This document shows, one piece after another, positions 51,294 to 64,000 of a DNA stretch of 64,000 nucleotides. Location: positions 14,570,001 through 14,634,000 of the forward strand of contig NC_135673.1 of assembly GCF_964188315.1 (NCBI RefSeq), read 5' to 3'. The notes beneath the pieces were generated by a model. The model saw only the letters and a list, made by a program, of their open reading frames with translations. It did not search any database and was not told the DNA's origin. The DNA comes from Podarcis muralis (taxonomy: Eukaryota). Every line of letters starts with the position of its first letter. Position 1 is the first letter of the stretch. The position numbers were made by a program, and so were the translations under genes.

Positions 51294-54200
51294 GATCCTG
51301 CAAGCCTTCGGTTTGCCCACCACTAGACTTAAACTCCGGCAGAGGCAGTTGCAAAGTTGGGTTAGAGCAGTCTTTGCAAACCTAGTGCTCTCCAGGTGTT
51401 TTGGACTAAAGTTCTCATCAGTCCTAGCCAACACAGGGTGAAGGCTGCATGAAATTTGTGTCCTAATTCTTTGTAGGATGTCTTGCACAGGATCACTTGG
51501 GGAGTATCTTGTTCATTATGGTCTGTATCAACCATTTTAAGATAATACCCTCAAATCAATGTGAAAACATCTGGAGAGACTTCAAGTCCATAAACTTGTT
51601 CTAAGTAATGGTTCTAATTTCATGTTGCTATTAGACTTTTCCCAAGAAATGACAGGCTACTTGCTATTGTTGCAGTTCATTGTATTTTAAATTACATGTA
51701 AAAGCAATAAAACATATTCTAAAAGAAGAAGAAGACTTAACACATTTAAGCTTTTAGGGTGTGAAAGTCACCCAAAGTCTCTTTGGCATATTCTTCTCCC
51801 TGCTGGTCTCATATGCCTTCAGCTTGACTGAAGACAGTGTATACTTTCATTTGAGGAGCGACAGGGTTTGTACAACCTGACACATCTCTGTACCAAGGCA
51901 AAAATGTGGCAAGTCCTTATCAGAGAGATGTTTGCAGAGGACGCAGCCTTGACAGTGCACTCCAAGGAAGCTTCACAAAGACACAAGCCTGCATGAAATT
52001 TGGCCATACCACCAGTCTGATGAAGACCAACATCCTGGGTGAGAACGCCGCCAGCACAACCTTTCCATTAATGCTGAGCTGGACAAGCATATTGGCAAGA
52101 CAGCTTTGGCAATGGCTTGCCTCTCCAAAGGGTATGGGAGAATGTGATGCTAACATCTAATACCAAGATGAAGGTCTACCAGGTTTGCGTGTTGAGCTCG
52201 CTGCTGTTGCACACTGTGTGTTGACTTGTGGGCAACTTACAACTGCCAGGAGCAGTGCCTCAATGCCTCTCACATGTGCTGCATCAGGAAGATTCTGGGC
52301 ATCACATGGCAAGACAGAGTTTAAAACAAAGATGTGCTCTCCCAGGCCCACAATCCCAGCATGTACACATTCCTGTCTCAGCAACATCTACGCTGGCTTG
52401 GTCATGTCCACAGAATGGAAGATGGAAGAATCCCCAAGGACAGTGGTGTCCAAACTTTTTTCAAAGAGGGCCAGATTTGATGAAGTGAAGGGCCGACCCC
52501 GGGAAATAAACTGCCGCAGGGGCCGGATTAGGCACCCAAAATGGACTTTCTACATGCCTGTCCAAGGATGTGCTCTGCCGGAAGCTGGTTTCATGAACTA
52601 GGCTTGTTGGCAGACCAACTCTCTGTTACAAAGATGTCTGCAAATGTGACAAGAAGGCTGGCAACATCAACCCTGTGTGGGAATTCCTTGCAGATGACTG
52701 CAGTGCCTGGAGACAGTCAATCTGGTCATGGGAGGAATGATCACTGGAAGGAGCGCAGAGGGAAGAAACACCATAGTGCTTCTACAGCGGCACAGCCAGG
52801 CACCTTCATCTGCCCCAGCTGCAACAAAACCTCTCTCTCCCATATCGGTCTCTCTTCACCCACAAAGGCACACTCCTCTATTGTCTCCTAAGACAGATGA
52901 ACGCCAACACAAGCTTTTGGGGACTCATGCTCACTTCATCACATAGGTGAATTGAAATCTTAGTATACATGTTTATAAGGGAGAAAATTGTAATGTGGGA
53001 GTTGTATGGCAAAATCTTTCCCCTTATTTTTTTGCATCTCATTGCCATTCAAACCCTGCCTTACAATTTTCTCCTTTATTCACTTGCCAACTTTCACTTC
53101 ATTAACCTTGAACAAGATGCTTTAATTCTAGCTATTAAAAAATGACAACAATATATTATGAAGAATTAAATCAGGGTGTGACTCATAAGTACTTAACTTT
53201 GCTTAGCAAGTGCCCTCTGTTTCTGGTGAGTATAAGCATGCCCTCTTTCACCTTAAAGGAAGAAGTCTAATTATTTTTATTTTGGCTTTGGCTAGATAAA
53301 CCTTGTGCGCACTCTGGGAGAAGCGAGAAGCAAGATAGCCCAGTACAAGCTTCCGCAGATCCCAGGAACGATTCCGCTGGTGAGGGATGTGGAAACCTGC
53401 TCAGGCAATGGGTTTTTATCACATCGTCAGCAGATGTGGGTTGAGGGAATGCCCAATGATGACGTCACTGAAAATCCAGTGCAATACAAGTAAGGAACAG
53501 AGTTATGATGTTATTCTGTGCTGTTAGGCCTGTTGGCCAAATGTGGCCTCTTTACTTGACCCTTGGAACTTTTTCCAGGCCACACCCCTCACTCACCCTT
53601 ACTTCAAATCCCAAGTGTTTTGACCTGACTGGAATGTGTTCTTGAACTCTAATAATGTCTCTTGCTTCAGGTTTCTCCCACTCTGTTTCTATTCCAGAGA
53701 GGCTGCAACACTGGCATTTTTAAAGACTCAAGAAAGTGAAAATGTTATTGCTGCCCGGGAAGTCCGAGGCCTTGCTGAAGTCATAAGTAAATGTTTACCA
53801 ATTTAATTCTGGCACCATAATCAGTGTTTTTAGCAAATGTGGTATCTTTCATTTATGCAGACTACCGGCTATACTACTGCAAAGTACTCTGCTTGGGGCT
53901 TCCTTTGAAGACAGCTCAGTAACTGCAGCCAGTGCAGAGCACCACTGCTCAGTTTTTGGCCAATACCTTGCCAGTTGCACTGGTGGCCACTGCATTCTCA
54001 CACTCAGTTCAATCTGATGGTGATAGTCTTTAAAACCCAAAATTGTTTTGCTGATAGTAACACCTTGAACTTAGGCTGTTACCAAATGGGCCACCAGTGC
54101 AGATCTTTGAGCAGAAGTGTTATATGCTGACAGGGCCTCCTGTCAACAACCATGCTGCAGCATTCTGCACTAATTTTAGTTTCAAACCCACACAGAGTTG

Positions 54201-57200
54201 ACTGCAGTAATCCAATCTTGAAGTCACCAGTGCCTGAACTATTGTGGTCAAGCCCTCCCTTTTTATTGTCTCTAAGCCACTTATATGTTTTATTACAGTT
54301 AGTTAAATAAAAGAATGAGTAACTATGAACTTGTGCATAAAACTGAAGATGGAACTAAAATGTGGCAGGCTTCTTTGGCAGCATGAGAATGTCAGCTAAC
54401 CCAGTGGTTTTGTAAAAAACCCCAAAACACATTACTCTCTCTTTATGCTAGCCTGGCATGAGTTCTACAGCTGTGCATACAATCTAATCTCCCTCCCTCC
54501 TTCCCAGTTCCTGAGAAGAAAAACAGTGACATTGTGGAACGTATCTCAGAGAGCAGGAGGTGCCGTTACGAAGAGACGGTGGTGACGCTACGGCAGGAAT
54601 TGGCACGTGTTGGGAAGGTAGGCAGCCCCCTTCACCACTTTAGTGCATCACTATTGATAGTACTAGGGATGGGATAATCTGTCCATTTGCAATGTGAAGC
54701 CAATGTGGTGTAGTGGCTTGAGTGCTGGACTAGGACCTGGAAGACTAGGGTTCAAATTTATCCACTTGGCCATGGAGGTCTCTGAGTGACCTTGGGCTAG
54801 CCACTCACTTATGTGACACATTTTTCTAATACATACATATTTGATGCACATTGTTTCGTTCAAGCCTTGTTTCGTCCAAGCGTAACATAACTCACAGGGT
54901 TGTTGCTGCGAAGATAAAATGGGGAGAAGGAGAACCATGTACATCACATTGAGCTTCTTGGAGGAAGGTTGGGATATAAATGTAATAAAGAAATAAAATT
55001 CAGTTCTCTCCGTTTCTCATTTCTTTCTATCTTAAATTCAGTTTTCCACCTTTTGCAATAATTTGTGAATCTTTGCTTTAAATCTTCATGAAAATATGCT
55101 ACTGCTTTAGTACGGATCTCTCCAAATGTTTTGTGTTCAGTTTTGACTATATAGTTTTATGCAAGAAATTCCCCCTTATGTGCATTTTCATTTTATTTTT
55201 CATTTATGTGACACATTTTTCTAATACATACATATTGATGCACATTGTTTCATCCAAGCCTTGGCAAGTGTTACCCATCAGATCATCTTCTCTGTTTCAG
55301 GAAATGGAGGTGTGTTTCTTGGAGCCTGGGAAGCTATTTCTCACCAAGCTGTCAGAATCCGATCGCACCATTGAGTCCCTTTTCCAAGTTTCCGCTGAGA
55401 ACCTCCACTTGGAGACTTACACCATGGAGGTGAGGGAGTGCCTCGCAACTCAAACTGAAACAGGGCTTGAAGGCTGCCTGCCACCTTTTCTTGCCCCTCT
55501 GGCTGATACTTCTGGTGACCCTAGATCCTCACTGCTTAGCAACAGGGATGAAGGGCCTGGCAGTCACTGTGGGTAGCAGAATAAGGCATGCTGGAGATAG
55601 GAACATAGGAAGCTGACATACTGCATCATCCCATTGACTTATTTAGCTCAGTATTGTCTACACTGATTGGCAGCAGCTTTCCACTGTTTCAAGTTGGAAG
55701 TCTCTCCTTGGAGATCCCAGGGCTTGAACCTAGGAACATGGAGAACTTCCTTATACTGAATCTATGCATTTTTCTACCTCAGTATTGTCTACACTGACTG
55801 GCAGCAGCTCTCCAGAAAGTCAGGCAAGGGATATTCCCAGCCTTACCTGGAGATGCCAGGGATCAAACCCAGGGACTTCCTCATGCAAAACAGATAGGCT
55901 GCCACTCAGCTACAGCCCTTTCCAGGAACATAGAAAGCTGCCTTATACAAAGTCAGACCATTGGTCCATTTAGCTCAGTATTGTCTACACTGACTGACAG
56001 CAGCTTTCCAAGGTTTCAAGCAGGGGCATTACCAGCCCTACCTGGAGATGCCAGCAATTGACCCTGGGACCTCCTGCATGCAAAGCAGATGCTCTACTAA
56101 GCTACAGCCCTTCCCTCCAAAGGCTGTGACACATGGGCGTAGCCGGGGGGGGGGGGCAGAGGGACAGCTGGCCCTCTAAATCAATACAAATAAGTACGAA
56201 TATGAGGTTTCCCCCCCCCCCAACAAAAGCCTGCCTCCCCAACAAAAATCCTGGCTACGCCCATGGCAGTGAACAGTACAGTGGGATGGGTTGAAAGGAT
56301 CTGGCATGCCAACAAAGATCAGCTCCCCTGTGTGGAAATCACATCCCATTTCTACCTTGCAGGACTTTGAGAGAATGTGGAACCTTGTCTCCAAGGAGAC
56401 CTTAAAAAGAAGGCAGTGGATTAGAGAGCTGGACAAAGCCTTACTCAAGGCAGAGGTAGATCGAACTGAACGGGTAAGTATAAGAAGATGCTAACAGAGA
56501 GTACATGAATGATTGTTGGGGGGGGGGTGTGCAGCTGTATGCTTGTTGCCTAGAAGGAAATGCAGCATCAGCATGTTGCCCAGAAGGAAATGCAGCCCTT
56601 GGAGCTGGAAAAAGTTCCCCATCCCTGCTATGGCTCCTTGAAAGGGTCAGAAATAGTTGTTTCTTGCTGGCACATATGTCTTTTTAGGAATTGGCCACTT
56701 CAGTGAGATGGTGGAGGTTGGTCTCTTTAGGTGAATGGGCCATTGCCTCACCACTCTCATTCTGTCTTCAGCCAATTTGCACCTGCCTTCCTCCTTACTT
56801 ACAAGGAGTCTAGGGGGTTGCCCCAGCTGTTAGCTTCCCCCTGCATAGACTCAAAGTGCCCCTTGTGGAACTCTTCGGGGAGAATGATGAGAATAAAAGC
56901 TAGAATTGGTTGGCTCTGCCTGTCATTGACTCTGGTTCTACCTATCATTGGCTATGGCTCTGCCTACACTACAGCTTTCATCCCTGCATTCCACCTCACC
57001 CATGGCCACTGGTTACCACTGGCTGAGTAGCCCAGTGGGGTGGTCCCCCAGCATGTCCCTAGCAATCTCAGCAGAGAGGTGTCCTCACCATCCTTAACAC
57101 TTTTCTTACCCCCTCCCTCTGCTTTGGTTTCCAGATCAAACTTTTGTTGAACAAATATAATAAGATCCTGGATGATATTTCCTATATCCTACCCTCTGAT

Positions 57201-60200
57201 GTCCACAGGTTCATTCACAAGGAAGCCATGGTAAAACCTTTCTGCTTGATACCTGAAATTGTCCAGTAAGATAACCACAGGTTTTGCTTGATCCCATCCC
57301 CACCCCTGTAGTTTGGAAATGATTGAAAGTGGGCATATTTGCAAGCCTAATTCGGGTAGCAGAATTCGGCATTTTAAAATAAAATTGTGGTGTGTGTGTG
57401 GGTGTGTGGGTGTGAGAGAGAGGGGGGGAGGAATATGTGCAAGATCAGCACAGCAACCGGGAAAGAGGGATGGGATCCCTGAGACATTGTACGTGAAAGG
57501 AGCAGAGAGACAAGACAAGGACAGGTTTGCCCTGGTGTCCTCAGCACGGCGCCAAGGGTGCACAGGTGCCTGTGATACCTCAAAACCCTCTGCAATCTTT
57601 TCTCTCTCCACTTCTTTTTTTATCTTTTCCCCCTCTTTGGAAGTGAGAAAGCAGTGAAGAAAGCAGACTGGGAGGAGGAACCTACTCTGGGCATTTCTGC
57701 TTTCTGCCCCATCAAGTCCCAGTGGGTTACCAGCCACCATTGTAATAGCACCAGAGAACAATTAAGGGATGTGTCTAGCTAAGGTTTATTCAGAGTAGAC
57801 TCCTTTAGATTACTGTACCTAAATTTGTCTTGCCCATCATGTCCTCTGGGTTGAACCAACTAATCTGAAGTCTTCATCTCCCTGAAAAAGAGAGATTCCC
57901 TTGCTACTCTCATCTACATCTTCCAATTCCAGATGATCAACCAAGCCCTGCTGGCCAATCGGAGAGCAATAGCCAAGCTGTTTGTCAACCTGATGGAGGC
58001 AGATCTGAAAGGAGACATTTTCTATCATCGCAAACTGGAGGAGAGAATAAAGACCTGGAGAGCCAAATGGAAGCAGAAGATAATTTACAGTTTCAGGTCT
58101 GAAATTTCATTTATTTATCTATTTAGAGTATTTGTACTTTGCTCTTCATGCAAAAGTGGTTCCCAGGCTTGCATACAATTGGTTAAAACAAGACAGTCCC
58201 TGTCCTCAGGCTTCACAACACACAAGGAGAAAGGGAAAGGATGGGAAGAGGTTGGAAATCAAGCTCAGGAACCAGTTCTTAAACAGTTGTTTTTATAATG
58301 GCCAGCTATCATAGTTCACAGATAGAAGGTGCTTAACAGAGCTGGTCTTTTGGTGAACTCTGCTTCTCATCTCTCCCACTGAGGCAGACTGATTGAATGG
58401 TTGCCTCCAGATGGCAGTTCGGGGGAAAGAAGGCATGATGGAGCAGGAGATTTGGGTAGTATAAGATGGGTGTGGCTTTTCAATCGCACAGTATCCCTTG
58501 CAAAAAAGAAAGCCCACATTTAATGTTTCTTGTCATGTCCTATAGACAGTTCATGGAAACTGAAAGAATACGGCACCCGAGTGCTGTGAATGTGGAGCTG
58601 GAGAATATGCTACAAGATCAAAAATCACTCACTGAGAAGAGAACAGCACTGTTATATTCACTGGGGTAGGTGAACAGGAGAATAAAATGTAACTTCTCAT
58701 TCCTAAGAACGTAAGAATAGCTTCCCTGCTGGATCAGGCCAAAGATGCTTTTATTCCAGTATCCTGTTCTAATAGCAGCCAACCGGATGCACCGTGGGAA
58801 GCTCACAAGCAGGACCTGAGCATAACAGTAACTCTCCCCTTATGATTATCAGCAACTGGTATTCAGAGGCATATTACCTCCCACAGTGCGGACAGAACAA
58901 AGCCACCCTGGCTTGTAGTAGTGATGTTTTGATGGTGTCAAATTATGGGTGGTTGGCAGATGTGTATGTAGGCCAGGGACTTTAACATTTTACTTCCCCC
59001 TATGGTCCCAAACCATATTATCCCCAGCCCCCATGCCAGCAGTTTGCACAGGACGTTTTTCTTATGCAACCTGTGGGGGGGACTCAAAATTGGGGCCGTG
59101 GGGGGCAGAGGCAGTGGCAGAGCTTCATGCTCCAGCACCGGGGGGGTGGAGAGCAGGTGGGGGCGGGGCTGGTGTGTGTCCCAGGGGCGTGACACGTCAC
59201 CTGTGGGGGTGTGGCACCCAGCGTAGGTGGGGGGCAGCCGCAATAGCACCCTACCAAGATTGCGCTGCCGGGGGCAGTGCGCTCCCCCCCGCACTCCTCT
59301 TCCTCTGCCACTGGGTGGAGGGCATCCAATGTTGTCAGTTTGTGTAAAAGAAACAACCACCTGCACATATAAAGGCAAATATAGAACTCTTAACAATCTG
59401 GGCTGTATCCAATGTTAGCCATAATCAAAGTAAGCCCACTGAAGTTAATGACAGATTTAGACCCATTACTTTCTGTGGGCCTACCCGGTAAGTATAAAAT
59501 CATAGAATCGTAGAGTTGAAAACATCCTCAAGGGTCATCTAGTCTAACCCACTGCAATGCACAGGAATCACAGCATTCTAGGACAAACATGGGATACAAC
59601 CTGTTGTTCAGTTTTTCCATTTGGCTCCCTGTATCACCCAACTCCAGGCTTAGCAGTAGGAGTGCTGTCAGCCAAACTACGTGAAAAGAAGGGGAAATCT
59701 GCTACCTCCACTTGTCTCACTGAGCCCCTAGTCCCAGCCCATAAATTTCCAGATTTTCTCCTATGCCCAAACAATACACTCCCTCCTTCAGCTTTCCCTG
59801 GAAAAGTTCTCTGTGGAACTTTCAGCTCAGCTATATAACTAATATGTGACCAGTGAAAACTGGGACCCAAATGAATTTTAAGATTTGTCATGCAGACCTC
59901 AAGAGCTTTATGTGCTAAGTGTTTCTCTGTCTCTTGTCTTTTTAGCAATATGCTGCCTTTGATGCAATCCAAGGCTGAATTAAATGAGTGGTATGAATCT
60001 GTGGTGGCTTTAAATAAGCGGATAGGTAAGGAACAAAAGTTTTGCTATTGTTATTTAGAGCAGCAATTTATATATTTACCAGATTTCCTAACTATAACCC
60101 TTCACTTTAAGGTCTCAGGGCAGGCTACAAGAATATAATATACCATTATAGAAATAAGATGAAATCTTTATAATGATAAAAAAAAGTAAAGCTGTTCAGA

Positions 60201-60478
60201 TGGAACAAACAGTGCTCCATATGTTCACAAACAGAAAGATATAATATTTCATATTCAATCTTGTAACCACCATATCCAATCTTGTGTTAATTTTAATTTT
60301 TGTCTCAAGATACCCACAATGTCCAATACTTAATGAAAATCCGTCTCCAGTACGAGAAAGTTTGCCAGGAGTGTTTGTCAAAGGTGCAGGAGTGTAAGGT
60401 TAGTGGGCCAATCAGTTTTGTTGAAAATATGTGGATTCTGTTTTTCAGCCTGACTACAGATGAGAATAAGAGAAAATC

Positions 60479-60532
<54 letters not shown>

Positions 60533-62349
60533 CCCACCCTTCACTCTAAGGTCCCAGGGCAAATTAAAATGATCAAAACACATTAAAAGTATTCTAAAAA
60601 CAACTTACCATCACAGTAATAAGATAGGCCCTAATATATACATCTCAAGTGTCAGGAGCTAATTTTAAGAAGTGTGCCTTCAGAATATAGATGCCAATAT
60701 AGATATTTCTGAAGACTGTAATGACTAATGATCTGGAAGGGATGATGATGTAAGATGTAAACTCCCCACTGCCAGATCTTAGATCAGGGTAGCCATTGTA
60801 GTGTACCTTCAAGTGCTGTCAGACTACAATTCCTATTAGCCCCAGCCATCATGGCCAGTGGTCAGGCATGAAGGGAGTTGGAGTCCAACCATATCTGATT
60901 TGACAGGTGAGCAGGATTGCCTACCTGTCAGTAATCTACATTGTTATAACACTAGCCTCAAAGAGGGTTGCTGTCAGCAAACTTACATTCCCGCCCCCCC
61001 CCCTCGCAGACCAGAAAAGCTCAAAGCCTATTGACATCAGGCAGTGTCAGGGCAGGTGTCACGAGCAAGCAACAACTCACATGATGTAAGGAAAGTTAAC
61101 TCTTTAGTCAAAGAAACAAAACAGTTCATGAGGCCAGGCCTAGTGAGCACAGCAACTTTTTCCAGCAGATCTTGCCTCAACGAGACAGTTGAAGGTCCCT
61201 GTCTTCCCACAGCTCCCTAAATTTCCTCCTCCCCGTGGTCCTTCTTAAGCAATCTGTGCCTTGTCTGTCTTTGCTCCACCGTCTTCATCCCTCTTCTGGT
61301 TCTGGGAGACCGGGTGGGGGTGGGGGTGGAGGAGCTGGTCATAGCAGAAGGGGGAGAACCCCAGGCTTCTTCAGCAGCCCATCTCAGTCCTGCCTCTTGG
61401 CCCCCCTCCTCTCCAGCCTCATCTTCTGCCTCTGGTTCTGGACTGCCCTCTGCCCCAACATCTTCCTGCTCACTACACCCTGTTACCTTTTCTGCTTCTG
61501 ACACCTCCTTCTCCCAGTCTGCTCTCTCTTCTCTCTCTGACAACTCATCATTGTCCCACCACCAATCCTCAGGTTCTGAACCTTCATCCCTTAAGGGTCC
61601 CCAGCTGGTGCCTCCCACCAGTCCTGTGCATCCATGACAGGCTGACACAACTTCACTGTACCCTTTTCGGCACCTGATAAAAATGGTTTTGTTTAGACAA
61701 GTCCACCCAGGTATTTAGAAAGTTGGTGTGAGTTTTAATCTGTTCTTAGTTTATTGTTATTTGAATGCTTTGAAAATCTTAAATTATCATTGTTAAATCT
61801 TCTTATTGATCATTTTGTTGTTTTATCTTTTTTTGTAAACTGCTTTGAGGGGGTTGCTGTTGTTTTTACAATAAAGCAGTGTATACATTTTGTAAAAAAA
61901 AAAAAAAAGTGACTAACTGCCAGTGTGGATTAGTGACCCCTACTTGCCAAGGAACAAGTGGCAGTGCACCTTAAGCTCCTAATCATCCTTTTGCATCCAC
62001 ATTTTTAGTTGCTCCACACCTGATGTCATCTATGATGGAAGTGGGTGTGGCTTACAGGGAAATGATATCATGGGCCAAATTGCAACACTTACCAGACCTC
62101 GTGGGGCCCCTGAGCCCTGCTGTAAATGAAAAGCGATATTAATTCATAATAAACACATCAGTGGAGTCAAGGCTGCATATTTATGAACTTCACTACTAAT
62201 AACACTTTCTCCCTCTCCAATTTTAGAACAAACTGATAGATAAGAAAATCTGCACGGAAAAAGAGGCTGAAAGGATTGTGAATCCAAATTTCTACCAGTT
62301 AGTTGGGAAGTTACAGGGTCGCTTTGAGCAGGAAGTAGAAATGATGGAC
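50994..62349 (+). CDS. CCDC180: Coiled-coil domain-containing protein 180 (CFAP76), first 12 coding exons; the gene continues beyond the window
   Basis: Exons 50994-51062, 53296-53489, 53698-53786, 54508-54617, 55301-55429, 56363-56473, 57135-57230, 57933-58096, 58546-58665, 59946-60025, 60310-60398, 62227-62349; 1374 nt, open and phase-consistent. Motifs VPSGKVYRQIF, ESENVIAAREVRGL, INQALLANRRAIAKLFVNLME and KIRLQYEKVCQECL match human CCDC180. Confidence 0.9.
51257..51289. repeat. (CA)n microsatellite
   Basis: Direct inspection. Confidence 0.9.
51830..52900 (+). mobile_element. RTE-clade LINE RT remnant with a small hAT-like fragment at about 52441-52530
   Basis: Degenerate IREMFAEDAALTVHS..., ACMKFGHTTSLMKTNILG, KMKVYQVCVLSSLL and CIRKILGITWQDRV resemble the RTE RT domain. 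Confidence 0.75.
54700..54995 (+). mobile_element. tRNA-derived squamate SINE carrying an internal non-SINE insert
   Basis: Same family as 4372-4590; insert at about 54809-54881. Confidence 0.75.
55598..56114 (-). mobile_element. Three head-to-tail Squam-type SINE copies
   Basis: Units begin aggaacat(a/g)g at about 55598, 55731 and 55923; each has ctcagtattgtctacactga. Confidence 0.75.
56132..56265. mobile_element. MITE
   Basis: TIR catgggcgtagcc / ggctacgcccatg. Confidence 0.8.
59113..59311. mobile_element. hAT-like MITE
   Basis: TIR cagtggcagag / ctctgccactg; imperfect 8-bp flanks ggcagagg / ggtggagg. Confidence 0.55.
60480..60530. repeat. (GTT)n microsatellite
   Basis: Direct inspection. 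Confidence 0.95.
61045..61639 (-). mobile_element. Probable LTR-retrotransposon solo LTR (Gypsy-like)
   Basis: TGTCA...TGACA termini, near-matching 5-bp flanks ggcag / ggctg, degenerate polyA signal on the minus strand and a GA-rich interior. Confidence 0.55.
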
Positions 62350-63702
62350 GTAAGTTTGCCAGCGTCTCTTCCTAACACGTTTCCTGCAATGCATCCTAGC
62401 AGGATTAGAGCAGCAGAAATGAACCTGCTGCAACTCAAATTGAGAGAACCCATGGTCTGTGCAGCAGTTCTCCTTGTGGGTCAGATGTGGCCCTCAAGGC
62501 CTCTGCATTTGGCCCTCAGGACCAGTGGCAGAAACTGAAATATGAAAGCTAGGAGCTAAATGGCACCTTAAATCTAGGTTATGGGCACAACTACAGAATG
62601 TTTAGGCACTTTTTTTATAACAAGAATACAAAGCTGAAAATGAATGAACTGCAGCTAAAATATTATGTTCATTTTTCACATGGTCTAGTCCTTCCCCTGC
62701 CCACCTCCCCTAATATTCTTAAGAGGGTCTCTTTTCCAGTCTTCAGAGAGTAGCTGTCAGTGGGGAGGCAGAAAAAGGTACTTTCCTTGCACTCTGCAGT
62801 TTTAATCTTAAATCTTAGCTCAGAAACTGCTTGCGTTAATGACATTCCCTGTTGCAAAATGCACTTATGACAATGGGAGTTTCGAACACTGCTCAGGGCT
62901 CTTCCCACATCACACCTTTTCCCTAGGCACCCTTCTCTCCCTGAGCCACACACTTCACCAGTTCCTCCCTAGCATTATCTATCAGGCTGTCTAGGCAATG
63001 CAACCCAGATGCCTCAACTGGCACCTTTGAGATGCATTCCTCTATTTTATTTATGTCACTGGATGTTTCCTTGGGAGGAGGAGCAGAGACGTCTTTCCTA
63101 TTGGGCTTACTGGTGCCTTGCGCCAGGGCGCTGTCCTCTCAGGGGCGCCCCAGCGAGTGGGGGAGCTGCACAGCTTTGCCAGTGGCCTCCCCTTTCCCTG
63201 CACCCACCAGCTGCACCTTGCCAACCATATGGCTGGCGGGCATGCAGCTTGCCTTCCTAGCCTCCGCAGGAAGAGAGCGATCCCTGCAGAGGCTTCAGGT
63301 GGAAGCTGCGCCCCGCCAGCTATATGGCTGGCTGGCATGCAGCTCTCTCTCTCTCTCCCCCCCCCCCTCTCTCGCCTGCCCAGCCTGTGGGAAGAGGCAG
63401 GTGGGCGATGGCGAGGCCACGGAGCTTCCGCGCTGGGTTTGCAGCCCTGTTTGCAGGGTCCCCTTGCCCGTCCTGTTCAGCTACATCTAGCCCGAGCTGT
63501 GAGTAGCAGCAGCTGCTGCCCTTGTTTCTCTCTCTCCCTGGAATCCTGCCCTGTGTTTAATGTTATGGGCTCCTTCTCTGCCCCCCCCCCCCACCAACAA
63601 GGTCCCTAGGGATTGTAAAGCAAGCCAGACCATTTAGCACCGACCCCATTCATTCCAGCATCTGGCCACCACCCACTCCAAGCCCTGCAAAAAATATCAC
63701 CA

Positions 63703-63703
63703 C

Positions 63704-63751
<48 letters not shown>

Positions 63752-63768
63752 TACTACTACTACTACTG
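63703..63768. repeat. (ATT)n(ACT)n compound microsatellite
   Basis: Direct inspection. Confidence 0.95.
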
Positions 63769-64000
63769 CCCTCCACCCATAGATATCAGGGCGGCTCACA
63801 GCCTGAAACTACGGTACTAAGCACATGCTAAAAACTAGAACAAAGGCAAACCAAACCAAGCCAGCAACCCTCCTTCTCCCTTATTTGTGAAACAAGCCTG
63901 TTAATTGCCTATCCAACTGAAAAAAAAGGCACTGAAGGTTTTTGAGATCAATGCAAGCTAAAAAGCATTGCAGGGGGTTGGGCTAGATGACCTACAGGGT

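Noticed and set aside
61217-61648. 143-aa acidic ORF
   Set aside because: Low-complexity GA-rich interior of a probable solo LTR within a CCDC180 intron.
63009-63609. GC-rich stretch with several ORFs
   Set aside because: No CCDC180 similarity or splice support; looks like repeat interior, but I could not define termini.

Overview
Vertebrate genomic DNA from a squamate, most likely a lacertid lizard (Sauria SINEs, Squam-type SINEs and abundant TA-target MITEs). The window holds a rearranged Surfeit housekeeping cluster. From left to right: a decayed, 5'-truncated senataxin (SETX) paralog (-, two recognisable exons); SURF1 (+, 9 coding exons, 312 aa); RPL7A (-, 8 exons, 266 aa), hosting two SNORD24 and two SNORD36 box C/D snoRNAs; a TE-dense interval (ERV solo LTR, L1, MITEs, a scrambled Chapaev3-type transposon); MED22/SURF5 (-, two C-terminal isoforms); SURF6 (+, 364 aa), head-to-head with MED22; and the first 12 coding exons of CCDC180 (+), whose promoter has two RFX X-boxes. 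Main departures from the mammalian locus: no SURF2 is found on the divergent side of the SURF1 promoter, where SETX relics sit instead; MED22 is flipped; SURF6 appears to lack its last intron. Two short locally templated insertions are visible inside repeats. Gene identities rest on my recollection of the human orthologue proteins and on consistent splice phases; no database search was run.
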